Below are positions 54,985-64,000 of a DNA stretch of 64,000 nucleotides, piece by piece (the first letter of the stretch is position 1; every line of letters begins with the position of its first letter). Below the pieces are notes generated by a model. That model had not been told where the DNA came from. It ran no database searches and was given only the letters and a program-made list of their open reading frames with translations. The translations under genes and the position numbers were made by a program. Location: the NCBI GenBank assembly GCA_030150265.1, contig JASLGG010000051.1, positions 51,798 to 115,797 of the forward strand, given 5' to 3'. The stretch is from Protaetiibacter sp. (GTDB lineage: Bacteria > Actinomycetota > Actinomycetes > Actinomycetales > Microbacteriaceae).

Positions 54985-56745
54985 ATGACCGACCCGAAGG
55001 GCGACGAGGCCCTGGCCGCCGCATCCGTGTCCGCTCCTCCCCCGACCGCCAGCACGGCTGCGATGCAGGTCATGGCCGACCCGCCGGCCGGTGGCGGCAC
55101 CGGACGGGTGCCGCGCAAGCAGTTCGTCTCGTGGGCGATGTGGGACTGGGCCACGCAGCCGTTCAACTCGGTGGTCTGGACCTTCGTGTTCGCGCCGCTG
55201 TACCTCGTGTCGGCGCACTTCCTCCAGCCCGAGCTCGCCGCGCTGCCCGACGGGTCCCCCGAGAAGGTCGAGGCGCTCGCCCGGCTCTCGAGCCAGTACG
55301 GCGCCTGGACGGCCATCGCGGGCCTGCTGATCTTCGCCCTCGCGCCCGTGCTCGGCGCTCGCTCCGACGCCAACGGCGGACGCAAGCGCAGCCTCATCAT
55401 CTTCACGGTCGTGCTCGCGCTCATCCAGTTCGCGCTCTTCTTCGTCTACGAGGACCCGAGCTTCTTCACCTACGGTGCGATCGTGCTCGCGCTCGGCACC
55501 GTCGTGTCGGAGATCGCGGGCGTCAACTACAACGCGATGCTGCATCAGGTCTCGACCCCCGCCACGGCCGGACGCGTGAGCGGTCTCGGATGGGGCCTCG
55601 GATACCTCGGCGGTGTCGTCGCCCTCGTGCTCGTGGTCGTGCTCACGCAGCTCGACTGGTTCGGCATGGACACCTCCGGCGGCCTCGCCTACCGGCTCAT
55701 CGCGGTCGGCTGCGGCGTGTGGACCCTCGTGTTCGCGATCCCGCTGTTCGTCAACGTGCCGGAGCAGCGCGTCGCCGAGGCACGGCCGCGCGTGAGCTTC
55801 CTCGGGAGCTACGTCGAGCTCGTGAAGGACATGGTGGCGCTCTTCCGCCAGTCGCGCCCGACCTTCTGGTTCCTCTTCGCGAGCGCCATCTACCGTGACG
55901 GGCTCGCGGGCGTCTTCGCCTTCGGCGGCATCCTCGCCGCCGTCGGGTTCGGCTTCACGCCGAACGAGGTCATGATCTTCGGCCTCGCCGCCAACCTCGT
56001 CGCGGGGGCGTCGACGATCGCGGCGGGCCGCCTCGACGACCGCTTCGGCGCCAAGGCCGTCATCGTCACCTCGCTCGCCGGCCTCGTGCTGATGGCGATG
56101 TTCGTGTTCTTCGCGCGCGACCTCGGCGTCGTGGTTTTCTGGATCGGCGGCCTCGTGCTCTCGATGTTCACCGGACCCGCGCAGGCCGCGAGCCGTTCGC
56201 TGCTCACGCGCGTCACCCCCGCCGGTATGCAGGGCGAGGTGTTCGGGCTGTACGCCACCACCGGCCGTGTTGCGAGCGTGCTGTCGCCCGCCGCCTGGAC
56301 GATCTTCGTGTCGGCCTTCGCCAGCACGATCTTCGGCGTCATCGGCATCGCGATCGTGCTCGCGGTCGGCCTCCTGCTGCTGATCTTCGTGAAGCTCCCG
56401 AGAGGCTCCGTCGCGAACGACTCCTTCGAGCACCTGAGCGGCTGGAACGCGAACGTGCTCCGCGGCCTCACCCTCGTGCTGTTCGTGGGCGTCGGCGCCG
56501 CGATCTTCTCGGTCACGGGTGCGGGCTACATCCCGGGGGGCATGCTCATCGCCGCCGCCGCGTTCCTCGTCGCGGCCGGCGCCGCGATCCCGGCGCTGCG
56601 CGGACTCGGCGAGCTGCGCAGCTCGGGCGAGGGCGGCGCGAGCGTGGGACGCGCGACCGTCGTGATCGCGGGGCTCGCGCTCGTCGGCCTCGTGCTCGCG
56701 GTACTGACGCACCTGGGCGTCCTGCCCGCGATCACGCTCGGATAA
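54985..56745 (+). CDS. MFS transporter (UMF1 / Atg22-like family) with extra C-terminal TM helices
   Basis: Track ORF of 586 aa. 'FVSWAMWDWATQPFNSVVWTFVFAPLY' is typical of the UMF1 family. More than 12 TM segments. Confidence 0.85.
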   Translation: MTDPKGDEALAAASVSAPPPTASTAAMQVMADPPAGGGTGRVPRKQFVSWAMWDWATQPFNSVVWTFVFAPLYLVSAHFLQPELAALPDGSPEKVEALARLSSQYGAWTAIAGLLIFALAPVLGARSDANGGRKRSLIIFTVVLALIQFALFFVYEDPSFFTYGAIVLALGTVVSEIAGVNYNAMLHQVSTPATAGRVSGLGWGLGYLGGVVALVLVVVLTQLDWFGMDTSGGLAYRLIAVGCGVWTLVFAIPLFVNVPEQRVAEARPRVSFLGSYVELVKDMVALFRQSRPTFWFLFASAIYRDGLAGVFAFGGILAAVGFGFTPNEVMIFGLAANLVAGASTIAAGRLDDRFGAKAVIVTSLAGLVLMAMFVFFARDLGVVVFWIGGLVLSMFTGPAQAASRSLLTRVTPAGMQGEVFGLYATTGRVASVLSPAAWTIFVSAFASTIFGVIGIAIVLAVGLLLLIFVKLPRGSVANDSFEHLSGWNANVLRGLTLVLFVGVGAAIFSVTGAGYIPGGMLIAAAAFLVAAGAAIPALRGLGELRSSGEGGASVGRATVVIAGLALVGLVLAVLTHLGVLPAITLG

Positions 56746-56822
56746 CCGCGCACAGCCCCGCCGGGAGGGCCGGCCCGCACGCGGGGGTCGATTCGCGGCG
56801 GGTCGCGGACTAGCGTGAGGGC

Positions 56823-57236
56823 ATGTCGACGCGGACACTCGCCTACTGGCTCGCGCTCGTCGACCGCCTCGTGGAGCGCGGCTTCGCCGGGGCGCTCGAG
56901 GAGCACGGCATCACCCGCATGCAGTGGCGCATCCTGACGGCCCTCTCCGAGGGACCAGCCACCGCGGAGCAGCTCGACGCGTCCCTCGCCGACCTGCCCG
57001 CCTACGAGGACGACGCGACGGCCGCCGAGCAGCTCGGCGAGCTCGTCGAGAGCGGATGGGTCGAAGCGGCCGACGCGTACCGGCTCACCGAGCGCGGCAT
57101 CGCGGCATCCGGGCACATCCTGGATGCCGTCGCCGAGCTGCGGGCGCGGCTGCTCGACGGCGTCTCGGCCGACGAGGAGCAGGCGATCGTCGCCCTGCTC
57201 GAGCGCATGGCGCGCAACCTCGGCTGGGAGGGATGA
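56823..57236 (+). CDS. MarR-like winged-helix regulator
   Basis: Track ORF of 137 aa. 'ITRMQWRILTALSEGPATAEQL' and 'LVESGWVE...YRLTERG'. Confidence 0.7.
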   Translation: MSTRTLAYWLALVDRLVERGFAGALEEHGITRMQWRILTALSEGPATAEQLDASLADLPAYEDDATAAEQLGELVESGWVEAADAYRLTERGIAASGHILDAVAELRARLLDGVSADEEQAIVALLERMARNLGWEG

Positions 57237-57261
57237 GCGCGCTCCGGCGGCGATGTGGCTA

Positions 57262-57290
57262 GTCTGAGGGCACCCGCGCCTCTCTCAGAC
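57262..57290 (+). terminator. Hairpin between the MarR-like gene and idi
   Basis: GTCTGAG-N15-CTCAGAC: a 7-bp perfect stem ending 2-3 nt before the idi ribosome-binding region. Confidence 0.25.
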
Positions 57291-57301
57291 AGGTGACCCG
57301 C

Positions 57302-57844
57302 ATGCCCCCCACCTCGACGCCCGACGGAACCGAGCTCGTGCTGCTGCTCGACGACGACGGCAAGCCCGTGGGCACGGCCCCCAAGGCGACGGTGCACACG
57401 ACCGACACCCCCCTGCACTTCGCGTTCTCGTGCCACGTCTTCAACTCCGCGGGACGGATGCTGGTGACCCGCCGCGCACTCGACAAGGACACCTTCGCCG
57501 GCGTCTGGAGCAACGGCTTCTGCGGGCACCCCGCGCCCGGCGAGACCGCGCTCGACGCCGTGCAGCGCCGCGCCGAGGCGGAGCTCGGCATCCCGGTGCG
57601 CGACATCGAGATCGTGCTCCCGCACTTCCGCTATCGCGCCGCCGACGCGAACGGGATCGTCGAGAACGAGATCTGCCCCGTCTTCCGAGCGACCGTCGAC
57701 GGCGATCCGCGCCCGGCCGCGTCGGAGATCGCCGAATGGGCGTGGGCCGACCCGACGTCGGTGCGGATGGCGGTCGCCGCCGCGCCGTTCGCCTTCAGCC
57801 CGTGGTTCTCGCTCCAGCTCGCGGCGTGGCCCGCGGGCCGCTGA
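57302..57844 (+). CDS. idi: Isopentenyl-diphosphate delta-isomerase, type 1 (Nudix fold)
   Basis: In the frame of track ORF 57293..57844. I prefer the ATG at 57302 because AGGTGA lies 5-6 nt upstream; the GTG at 57293 is the alternative. 'PLHFAFSCHVFN', 'LVTRRALDKDTFAGVWSNGFCGHP' and 'ENEICPVF'. Confidence 0.92.
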   Translation: MPPTSTPDGTELVLLLDDDGKPVGTAPKATVHTTDTPLHFAFSCHVFNSAGRMLVTRRALDKDTFAGVWSNGFCGHPAPGETALDAVQRRAEAELGIPVRDIEIVLPHFRYRAADANGIVENEICPVFRATVDGDPRPAASEIAEWAWADPTSVRMAVAAAPFAFSPWFSLQLAAWPAGR

Positions 57845-57850
57845 CGGCGA

Positions 57851-58456
57851 TCAGGCGCCCGGCGCTCCCGCATCCGTCACCGTGACGTCGGTGCGGTGGA
57901 ACCCCTGCCACGAGCGCGACGCCGTCGGCCCGCGCTGCCCCTGGTAGCGGTTCGCGTACGCGCCCGAGCCGTAGGCGTTCACGACGGGCGAGCTCGTGCG
58001 GATGAAGCACAGCTGCCCGATCTTCATGCCCGGCCACAGCTTGATCGGCAGCGTCGCGACGTTCGAGAGCTCGAGCGTCACGTGACCGGAGAAGCCGGGG
58101 TCGACGAAGCCCGCCGTGGAGTGGGTGAGCAGGCCGAGGCGCCCGAGCGAGCTCTTGCCCTCGAGGCGCGCGGCCACGTCGTCGGGCAGGGTGACGAGCT
58201 CGTAGGTGGAACCCAGCACGAACTCGCCGGGGTGCAGGATGAACGCCTCGCCCGGCTTCGTCTCGACGAGGCGGGTGAGCTCGGGCTGCTCCTCGGCCGG
58301 GTCGATGAAGGGGTACTTGTGGTTGTCGAACAGCCGGAAGTAGCGGTCGAGGCGCACGTCGATGCTCGACGGCTGGATCATCTCGCGGTCGAGGGGCTCG
58401 AGCCCGATGCGTCCGGCGTCGAGTTCGGCGGCGATATCGCGGTCGCTCAGCAGCAT
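57851..58456 (-). CDS. dcd: dCTP deaminase (possibly the bifunctional dCTP deaminase/dUTPase type)
   Basis: Track ORF of 201 aa. 'MLLSDRDI', '[10 protein letters not shown]', '[15 protein letters not shown]' and '[11 protein letters not shown]'. Confidence 0.93.
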   Translation of the reverse strand: MLLSDRDIAAELDAGRIGLEPLDREMIQPSSIDVRLDRYFRLFDNHKYPFIDPAEEQPELTRLVETKPGEAFILHPGEFVLGSTYELVTLPDDVAARLEGKSSLGRLGLLTHSTAGFVDPGFSGHVTLELSNVATLPIKLWPGMKIGQLCFIRTSSPVVNAYGSGAYANRYQGQRGPTASRSWQGFHRTDVTVTDAGAPGA

Positions 58457-58502
58457 GCGCCCGAGACTACCGGCTGGTCACGAGGCGACCCCGCATCCCG
58501 GC

Positions 58503-59102
58503 CTACCCGGCGAGGTTCGCGCGCATCTCCTGGTACGAGCCGCTCTTGAGAACGTCGCCGGTGACGTCGTCGACGAACTCCACCGTGACGTCGGCGTCCG
58601 CTGCGGCGACACCGACGAACTGCTGGTAGAGCGCGCCCTGCACATAGAACCCGACGGCGAGCAGCGCCTCGAACGGCGTGAAGCGCTGCGCGTCGACCGA
58701 GACGCGGAAGCTCGTCATCGCCTCGTCGAACTCGACGCCCGTCACGGAGTTGGTCGCATCGGCGGCCAGCTCATCGGCGGCATCGCGCGCAGAGGATCGC
58801 ATCTGGGCGAGCATGTCGTCGCGCTGCGCCTTGGTCATCGTGTAGGTGACGGTGTCCCCGTCGACTCGCGCGGAGAACCCCTTCTCCTCTGCGGCCGACA
58901 CGATCTCGTCGTCGCTCATGGTGCCTTGCGCGTCAAGAAGCGACCGCGCGATGGTCACGTCGACGGTGACGAGTCCTTCGTCGACCTCGATCGTCGGCGG
59001 GGTTGCGGAACCGTCCGCCGGTCCGGGCACCGCCGAGCAGCCGACGAGGGAGAGCGCGGTGAGGACGGTGACGGCTGCGGCCGCGCGAACAGACGTGTGC
59101 AT
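58503..59102 (-). CDS. Lipoprotein, unknown function
   Basis: Track ORF of 199 aa. Signal peptide plus lipobox 'LSLVGC'; acidic mature part. Confidence 0.7.
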   Translation of the reverse strand: MHTSVRAAAAVTVLTALSLVGCSAVPGPADGSATPPTIEVDEGLVTVDVTIARSLLDAQGTMSDDEIVSAAEEKGFSARVDGDTVTYTMTKAQRDDMLAQMRSSARDAADELAADATNSVTGVEFDEAMTSFRVSVDAQRFTPFEALLAVGFYVQGALYQQFVGVAAADADVTVEFVDDVTGDVLKSGSYQEMRANLAG

Positions 59103-59203
59103 GGGAATCCTCGACGGTGGTGGGTACGAGCACGGCCGCCGACCCGCGACGAACCTTTGGGGGCCACGTTAGCGGGCCGCCGGTGCTGGACGGAGGCCCG
59201 GGC

Positions 59204-60313
59204 TCAGGATGCCGCGAACGCCTCGGCGAGCCGACGGCCCGCGGCACGGAGCCAGCGCGCCGGCTCGGCCATGGCGGCCTCCGGCGAGCCCGCGAGCTCG
59301 ACGAGCGACACGGCGTCGGCGAACACGGTGCGGTCGGCGTCCGGGGTGATGCGTCCCGCCGCGAGCAGCGCGGGCACCCCGTGGGCGGCCGCCGCTGTCG
59401 CGACGTGCCCCGGCACCTTGCCCCTCGCGGACTGGCCGTCGTAGGAGCCCTCCCCCGTCACGACCGCGGATGCCGTGGCGAGCGCCGCGTCGAGCCCGAT
59501 GAGCGCGGCCACCTCGGCAGCGCCCGCGCTGAGCCGTGCGCCGAGGGCGAGCAGGGCGAAGCCGACGCCTCCCGCGGCGCCCGCGCCCGGCGTCTCGGGG
59601 TCCACCCCCGGGAACCGGCCGGCGAAGGCGCGCAACGCGGCGTTGGCACGCGCGATGCCCGCCGCGTCGAGCCCCTTCTGCGGCCCGAAGACGTGCGCGG
59701 CGCCGCTCGGACCTGCGAGCGGGCTCGTGACATCGGTCACCACGAGGGTCGGGGGCAGGGCGCTCAGGCCGACGAGGTCGAGGGCCGCGAGCGCCTCCAG
59801 CCCGCGGAGGCCTCCGTCGACGGCCGCCCCCCGCGCATCCGTCGCCCGCGCGCCGAGCGCGAGGAGCATGCCGAGACCCGCGTCGGTCGACGCGCTCGAC
59901 CCGATGCCGAGCACGAGCCGCGACACCCCGTGGTCGAGCGCCGCGGCGATCGCCTGCCCGAAGCCGGCGGTGTGCGCGTCATCCGGCCGCAGGGCGTCGA
60001 GCAGCTCGATGCCGGAGGTGGAGGCGAGCTCGACGACGCCGGCCCCGCCTGGCGTCTCGGCGTCCGGCGGGAGCAGCAGCCACGCGGCCTCCACCGACCG
60101 GTCGTCGGGCCCGCGCACGGTCACCGGCATCCGCGTCGCCCCGGGGACCGTCGCGAAGGCGGCGACCGTGCCCTCGCCGCCGTCCGCCATCGGCCGCAGC
60201 ACGGCCTCGTCGGCGGGCCGCACCGAGAGCCACCCCTCGGCGAGGGCGCGTGCCGCGGACGCCGCGTCGAGCGTTCCCTTGAAGCCGTCGGGGGCGAAGA
60301 CGACGCGGGGCAT
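59204..60313 (-). CDS. glxK: Glycerate kinase
   Basis: Track ORF of 369 aa. 'APDGFKGT', 'MADGGEGT' and 'VVTGEGSYDGQSARGKV'. Confidence 0.9.
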   Translation of the reverse strand: MPRVVFAPDGFKGTLDAASAARALAEGWLSVRPADEAVLRPMADGGEGTVAAFATVPGATRMPVTVRGPDDRSVEAAWLLLPPDAETPGGAGVVELASTSGIELLDALRPDDAHTAGFGQAIAAALDHGVSRLVLGIGSSASTDAGLGMLLALGARATDARGAAVDGGLRGLEALAALDLVGLSALPPTLVVTDVTSPLAGPSGAAHVFGPQKGLDAAGIARANAALRAFAGRFPGVDPETPGAGAAGGVGFALLALGARLSAGAAEVAALIGLDAALATASAVVTGEGSYDGQSARGKVPGHVATAAAAHGVPALLAAGRITPDADRTVFADAVSLVELAGSPEAAMAEPARWLRAAGRRLAEAFAAS

Positions 60314-60342
60314 GGCGGCAAGCCTACGAGGCGACGGATGCC

Positions 60343-60921
60343 ATGACGCGTCATGATCGAGGCATGCCCTGGCCCGTCACCGCATCGCGCACCGCCTACG
60401 CCAACCGCTGGATCCGCGTCGACCACGAGGACGTGGTGCGGCCCGACGGCGAGCCCGGCGAGTACGGCGTCGTCACGCTCGTCAACGACGCGGTCTTCGT
60501 GGTCGCGGTGACGGATGCGGGCGAGCTCCTGCTCGTCGACGTCGACCGCCACACGGTGGGCCGCTCGCTCGAGGTGCCCGCGGGCGGCACGGACGGCGAG
60601 GACCCGCTCCTCGCGGCGCAACGGGAGCTGCTCGAGGAGACCGGCCACGCGGCGCGCGAGTGGGTGCGGCTCGGCGGGGTCGACGCCCTCAACGGCGTGT
60701 GCCGGGCGCACGAGCACGTGTTCCTGGCGCGCGGCGCCCATCCGGTCGACGACGCGGAGGAGGGCCAGCACGAGGAGGGCATCGCCGGCGTGTCGCGGCT
60801 GCCGATCGCCGAGGTGCTCGAGCTCGCGCGCACGGGCGGGATCCGCGACGGCGAGACGCTCTCCGCCCTGCTGCTCGCGCTGCTCGCGCTCGGGAGGGTG
60901 GACGGCTCGGCGCTCGTATAG
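60343..60921 (+). CDS. Nudix hydrolase (ADP-ribose-pyrophosphatase-like)
   Basis: Track ORF of 192 aa. Nudix box 'GGTDGEDPLLAAQRELLEETG'. The start may be the ATG at 60364. Confidence 0.85.
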   Translation: MTRHDRGMPWPVTASRTAYANRWIRVDHEDVVRPDGEPGEYGVVTLVNDAVFVVAVTDAGELLLVDVDRHTVGRSLEVPAGGTDGEDPLLAAQRELLEETGHAAREWVRLGGVDALNGVCRAHEHVFLARGAHPVDDAEEGQHEEGIAGVSRLPIAEVLELARTGGIRDGETLSALLLALLALGRVDGSALV

Positions 60922-60951
60922 GCTCTACCGGTGTAGCCGTCCGACGGCTTC

Positions 60952-61022
60952 GGGGCTGTAGTTCAATGGCAGAACTTCTGCTTCCCAAGCAGACAGCGCG
61001 GGTTCGATTCCCGTCAGCCCCT
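60952..61022 (+). tRNA. tRNA-Gly (anticodon CCC)
   Basis: Hand-folded cloverleaf. Acceptor GGGGCTG/CAGCCCC, D-stem GTTC/GAAC, anticodon stem TCTGC/GCAGA with loop TTCCCAA, T-stem GCGGG/CCCGT with loop TTCGATT, discriminator T. No encoded CCA. Confidence 0.9.
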
Positions 61023-61895
61023 CTTCAGCTCCACCGTCGTGCGCATCCGCAGCTCGAGCCCGCCCGCCACGACCTCCGTCGCGAGCGCGACCGTGATCGC
61101 CGCGACCTCGGCGAGACCGCCGAGGTGGGTGCCGCCGCACGGGATGCGCGCCTCGCCCTCGGGCAGCACGCACACCCAGCTGCGGCGGGCCGAGAGAGCG
61201 TCGTCGTCGCGCTCGATGCGCACGGTGGCGCCGGAGGCGACCCACGCCGCGAGCAGGGCGTTCGCGCGGGCGGCCACGGCATCCGGGTCGTCGAGCGCGG
61301 CCGGGTCGAAGCCGGCCTTCCGCAGCGACTTGCCGATGCGGTAGACGTCGACGGATGCGTGGGGCTCGATGCGCGAGGACTGGATCGCCGCCGCGTCGAA
61401 GCCGGGATTGCCGAGGGCGTCGGGCCGCACGGGCTTCGACCAGGCCCCCGCGAGCGCCGCGTCGAGCGCGAGCGAGGCGAGGTGGCACGCGGTGTGACCC
61501 GCCGAGAGCGCGTGGCGGTGCTCCGCGTCGACCTCGACCTGCACCTCGTCGCCGACGCTCGGCGGCTCGCCCTCGACCACATGCCCGACCACGAAGGTCC
61601 AGCCGGGGGTGCCGCCCCGCACCGGCAGCGCCGGCCCGAGCAGCAGCTCGCCCTCGTGGATGCCGCCGGTCACGGCGTCGACGATCGGCTGCTCGCCACG
61701 GGGGCCGCGCATCCGTCCGCGGTCGGCGGGCTGGTCGGGCCACGCCGTGTCGACCGGATGGAAGGCGGTGCGGTCGAGCAGCACCGCCGAGCGGCCGTCG
61801 GCGAGCGTCTCGACGTGCAGCACCGTGCCGCGCGAGCCGGTCGCCCCGTCCGGGTAGCTGACTCGGGTGTCGCACGTCGGCAGGCTCATCCTCAC
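61014..61895 (-). CDS. AlaX-like protein (alanyl/threonyl-tRNA-synthetase editing-domain family, tRNA_SAD)
   Basis: Track ORF of 293 aa. Zinc motifs 'HTACH' and 'CGGTH'. The start may be 61889. Confidence 0.8.
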   Translation of the reverse strand: MRMSLPTCDTRVSYPDGATGSRGTVLHVETLADGRSAVLLDRTAFHPVDTAWPDQPADRGRMRGPRGEQPIVDAVTGGIHEGELLLGPALPVRGGTPGWTFVVGHVVEGEPPSVGDEVQVEVDAEHRHALSAGHTACHLASLALDAALAGAWSKPVRPDALGNPGFDAAAIQSSRIEPHASVDVYRIGKSLRKAGFDPAALDDPDAVAARANALLAAWVASGATVRIERDDDALSARRSWVCVLPEGEARIPCGGTHLGGLAEVAAITVALATEVVAGGLELRMRTTVELKRG

Positions 61896-61909
61896 ACCCT
61901 ACGGGCGCG

Positions 61910-63628
61910 TCAGGGCACCGGGGTCGGCGGGGTGGCGGTGTCGTCGGCATCCACCCCGAACAGGCCCTCGCCGTACTTCGTGAGCACCTCGTAGGCGTCG
62001 CCGTAGGTGTGCGGGTCGAGGTGCTCCGGGTTGCCGTACTTCGCCAGCAGCAGCCCGAGCAGACCGCGGGCAGGCGGGCTGAGCGGCTTGTCGCGGTGGG
62101 CGTTGCCCGGATGCGGCGCGTCCTCCTGCGGGTTCGGAGGCAGATACTGCGGGGTCGTCGTGGGCCAGGTCGCCGGCACGCGGGGCATGGTGAGGTTCAC
62201 GGCGTTGAAGATCGGGGTGGCCTCCTCGTCGCGACGGCTGAGCGGCGGGAGGCCGTGCAGCCGGCTGAGCGTCGCGATGACGGAGCCGTGGTGCATCTCG
62301 TCGTGCACGATCGTGCCCGCGGCGGTCCAGGCCGACACGGCGATCGCGGGCACGCGGCATCCGAGGCGCTCGAAGTCGAAGCCCATCTCGCCCTCGCCGC
62401 TGTCGTCGGGCGGCAGCGCGCGCGGCGGGGGCACGTGGTCGTAGATGCCGCCGTGCTCGTCGAAGGTGATGAGCAGCATCGTGTTGAGGGCGTTCGAGCC
62501 GTGCGTGGACGAGCTGGCGCGGATCGCGGTGTAGATCTCGTGCACGAGCAGCTCGCCCGCGCGCACGTCGGAGACGGCGCTGTCGAACACGTCCATGCCG
62601 TCGACGTCGCTCTCGCGCAGCTCCCCGAACGGTGGGTGGAAGTCGTTGTGGTTGTACGTCATCCGCGGCTCGATGAAGGAGTAGGCGGGGAGCTTCCCAG
62701 TCTCGACGTCGGTGTAGAACTGCGCCATCGTCGCGAAGTGGCCGGTGCGCCAGAACCGCTCGAGCGCGGGCGCGTGCAGCACGCCGGTGAGCGACACCAG
62801 CTGCAGGGGGTCGAAGTAGATGCGCCAGTCGACGCCCGCATCCTCGAGCCGGTTGAACACCGTGGGCGTCTCGGCCGCGTCGAGCCACTTGCGGTAGCCG
62901 CCGCCCGCCATGTTGGTGACGAAGCCGTGCGAGGTCGAGGCGTGGAAGAACGAGCGGTTGCAGAAGGTCTGGCTCGGCACGGCCGCGAACCAGTGGTCGT
63001 AGACGGCGAACTCGCGCGCCAACGTCGAGAGCACCGGCAGCATCGCGGGCGTGAAGGCGCCCATCACCCGGCCGAGCTCCTCGGTGGTGGGTGCGCGCGA
63101 GGCGCCCTTCACCTCGGTCCAGTTGATCGCGTAGTCGGTGACGAAGCCGTCCATCGTGGGGTGGGTGTCGTCCTCGGGGGCGTTGTGCGGGGGGCGCACC
63201 ACCCCGAACAGCTGGGTGTTGACGTGCGGGTACGGCTCGCCCGGGTCGGGGTTCGGCGAGTTCATGATCTCGTCGGTCGTGCCGGTGTACGGATGCGCCG
63301 GGATGCGCGTGCCGTCGGGCGCCGTGTTGGCGTGGTCGCCGAAGGCGAGGCCCTCGAACGCCTGGCCCTCGGGCAGGTTCCGATCGTCGTAGAGGTAGCC
63401 GAGCAGGTTGTCGAAGGAGCGGTTCTCGCCCATCACGACGACGAGGTGGGCGAAGCCGGGCACCTGCTCGCGATCGGGCGGCGGGGCCGCATCCTTCGCG
63501 CCCCAGGCGTGACCGGCCACGAGGCCGCCCGCGCCGCCGACCACCACGCCCGCCGCAGCCGCCCCGCCGGCGCGCAGGAAGTCGCGCCGGCTGGTTCCCG
63601 TGCTCGGGGGAGGATCGCCCTCGTCCAT
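61910..63628 (-). CDS. Tat-secreted phosphoesterase-family protein (non-hemolytic phospholipase C / acid phosphatase type)
   Basis: Track ORF of 572 aa. Twin-arginine signal 'SRRDFLRAGGAAAAG' and phosphoesterase motif 'VVVMGENRSFDNLLGYL'. Confidence 0.88.
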   Translation of the reverse strand: MDEGDPPPSTGTSRRDFLRAGGAAAAGVVVGGAGGLVAGHAWGAKDAAPPPDREQVPGFAHLVVVMGENRSFDNLLGYLYDDRNLPEGQAFEGLAFGDHANTAPDGTRIPAHPYTGTTDEIMNSPNPDPGEPYPHVNTQLFGVVRPPHNAPEDDTHPTMDGFVTDYAINWTEVKGASRAPTTEELGRVMGAFTPAMLPVLSTLAREFAVYDHWFAAVPSQTFCNRSFFHASTSHGFVTNMAGGGYRKWLDAAETPTVFNRLEDAGVDWRIYFDPLQLVSLTGVLHAPALERFWRTGHFATMAQFYTDVETGKLPAYSFIEPRMTYNHNDFHPPFGELRESDVDGMDVFDSAVSDVRAGELLVHEIYTAIRASSSTHGSNALNTMLLITFDEHGGIYDHVPPPRALPPDDSGEGEMGFDFERLGCRVPAIAVSAWTAAGTIVHDEMHHGSVIATLSRLHGLPPLSRRDEEATPIFNAVNLTMPRVPATWPTTTPQYLPPNPQEDAPHPGNAHRDKPLSPPARGLLGLLLAKYGNPEHLDPHTYGDAYEVLTKYGEGLFGVDADDTATPPTPVP

Positions 63629-63673
63629 GTGCCCATCTCAGCAGACGTTGCGCCCACCTGGCAGCATGGAGTC

Positions 63674-64000
63674 ATGCCGGAGATCCCCGACACCCTGCGC
63701 CCGCTGCTCGAGGCGCCGACGATCGCCCACCTCGCCACCGTCCGTCCGGACGGCACTCCCCAGTCGAACCCCATGTGGTTCCAGTTCGACGGGCAACACG
63801 TGCGGTTCACCCACACGACCCGCCGCGGCAAGTTCCGCAACCTCCAGGCGAACCCCGGCATGGCGTTCTCGATCGTCGATCCGGAGAACCCCTACCGCTA
63901 CATCGAGGTGCGCGGCGGGCTCGAGGAGGTCGTGCCGGACCCCACGGGCGCCTTCTACGTCGAGCTCGGCCGCCGCTACGGCGACCCCGACACCCCCACG
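63674..64000 (+). CDS. PPOX-class (pyridoxamine-5'-phosphate-oxidase-like) probable F420-dependent enzyme, N-terminal fragment; 3' end outside the window
   Basis: Not in the track because no stop lies within the window. Hand translation from the ATG at 63674: 'MPEIPDTLRPLLEAPTIAHLATVRPDGTPQSNPMWFQFDGQHVRFTHTTRRGKFRNLQANPGMAFSIVDPENPYRYIEVRG...'. Confidence 0.8.
   Translation, partial: MPEIPDTLRPLLEAPTIAHLATVRPDGTPQSNPMWFQFDGQHVRFTHTTRRGKFRNLQANPGMAFSIVDPENPYRYIEVRGGLEEVVPDPTGAFYVELGRRYGDPDTPT

Noticed and set aside
60952-63628. tRNA-Gly as an integration site for a genomic island
   Set aside because: I saw no integrase or recombinase, no direct repeat of the tRNA 3' end downstream, and the flanking genes (AlaX-like, phosphoesterase) look like ordinary chromosomal genes with the same composition by eye.

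Overview
This is a 64-kb stretch of a very GC-rich actinobacterial chromosome (about 70% GC or more by eye, not computed). The regulator and operator vocabulary (HspR with HAIR boxes, a CelR/CebR box, DtxR/IdeR-like iron boxes, F420-family enzymes, frequent GTG starts and 4-nt start/stop overlaps) points to Actinomycetota, probably Micrococcales; that placement is inference. I call 62 protein-coding genes (2 cut by the window edges), one tRNA-Gly(CCC), several operator-like palindromes and three kinds of intergenic or intragenic repeat. I see no rRNA, CRISPR array, transposase, integrase or phage genes. Left to right the window holds: cellobiose-type ABC permeases, a GH1 beta-glucosidase and a LacI regulator; a heme-type ABC importer (hmuUV) translationally fused behind a circularly permuted lipoate-protein ligase; a secreted GH6-CBM2 cellulase with a perfect CelR box; hmuT with an iron box; a seven-gene chained cluster (15652-22142); mixed oxidoreductases and hydrolases; ornithine/proline catabolism (rocD, Lrp, putA); a DesK/NarL-type two-component system with an ABC-2 exporter; acyl-CoA ligase and an F420-type LLM oxidoreductase; the HspR regulon (clpB, dnaK-grpE-dnaJ-hspR); then idi, dcd, glxK, a Nudix hydrolase, tRNA-Gly, an AlaX-like protein and a Tat-secreted phosphoesterase. 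The best candidate for an undescribed system is the 15652-22142 cluster. It encodes a response-regulator::PIG-L deacetylase fusion, an ATP-grasp ligase, a PHP phosphoesterase, a processive membrane GT2 synthase, a 49-aa membrane microprotein, a stand-alone receiver and a PAS histidine kinase. All junctions overlap or abut, and no DNA-binding output is present. Many long ORFs in the six-frame track are wrong-frame or antisense artefacts of high GC, and several real genes start well inside their track ORF. All coordinates of short motifs were counted by hand and may be off by 1-2 nt.
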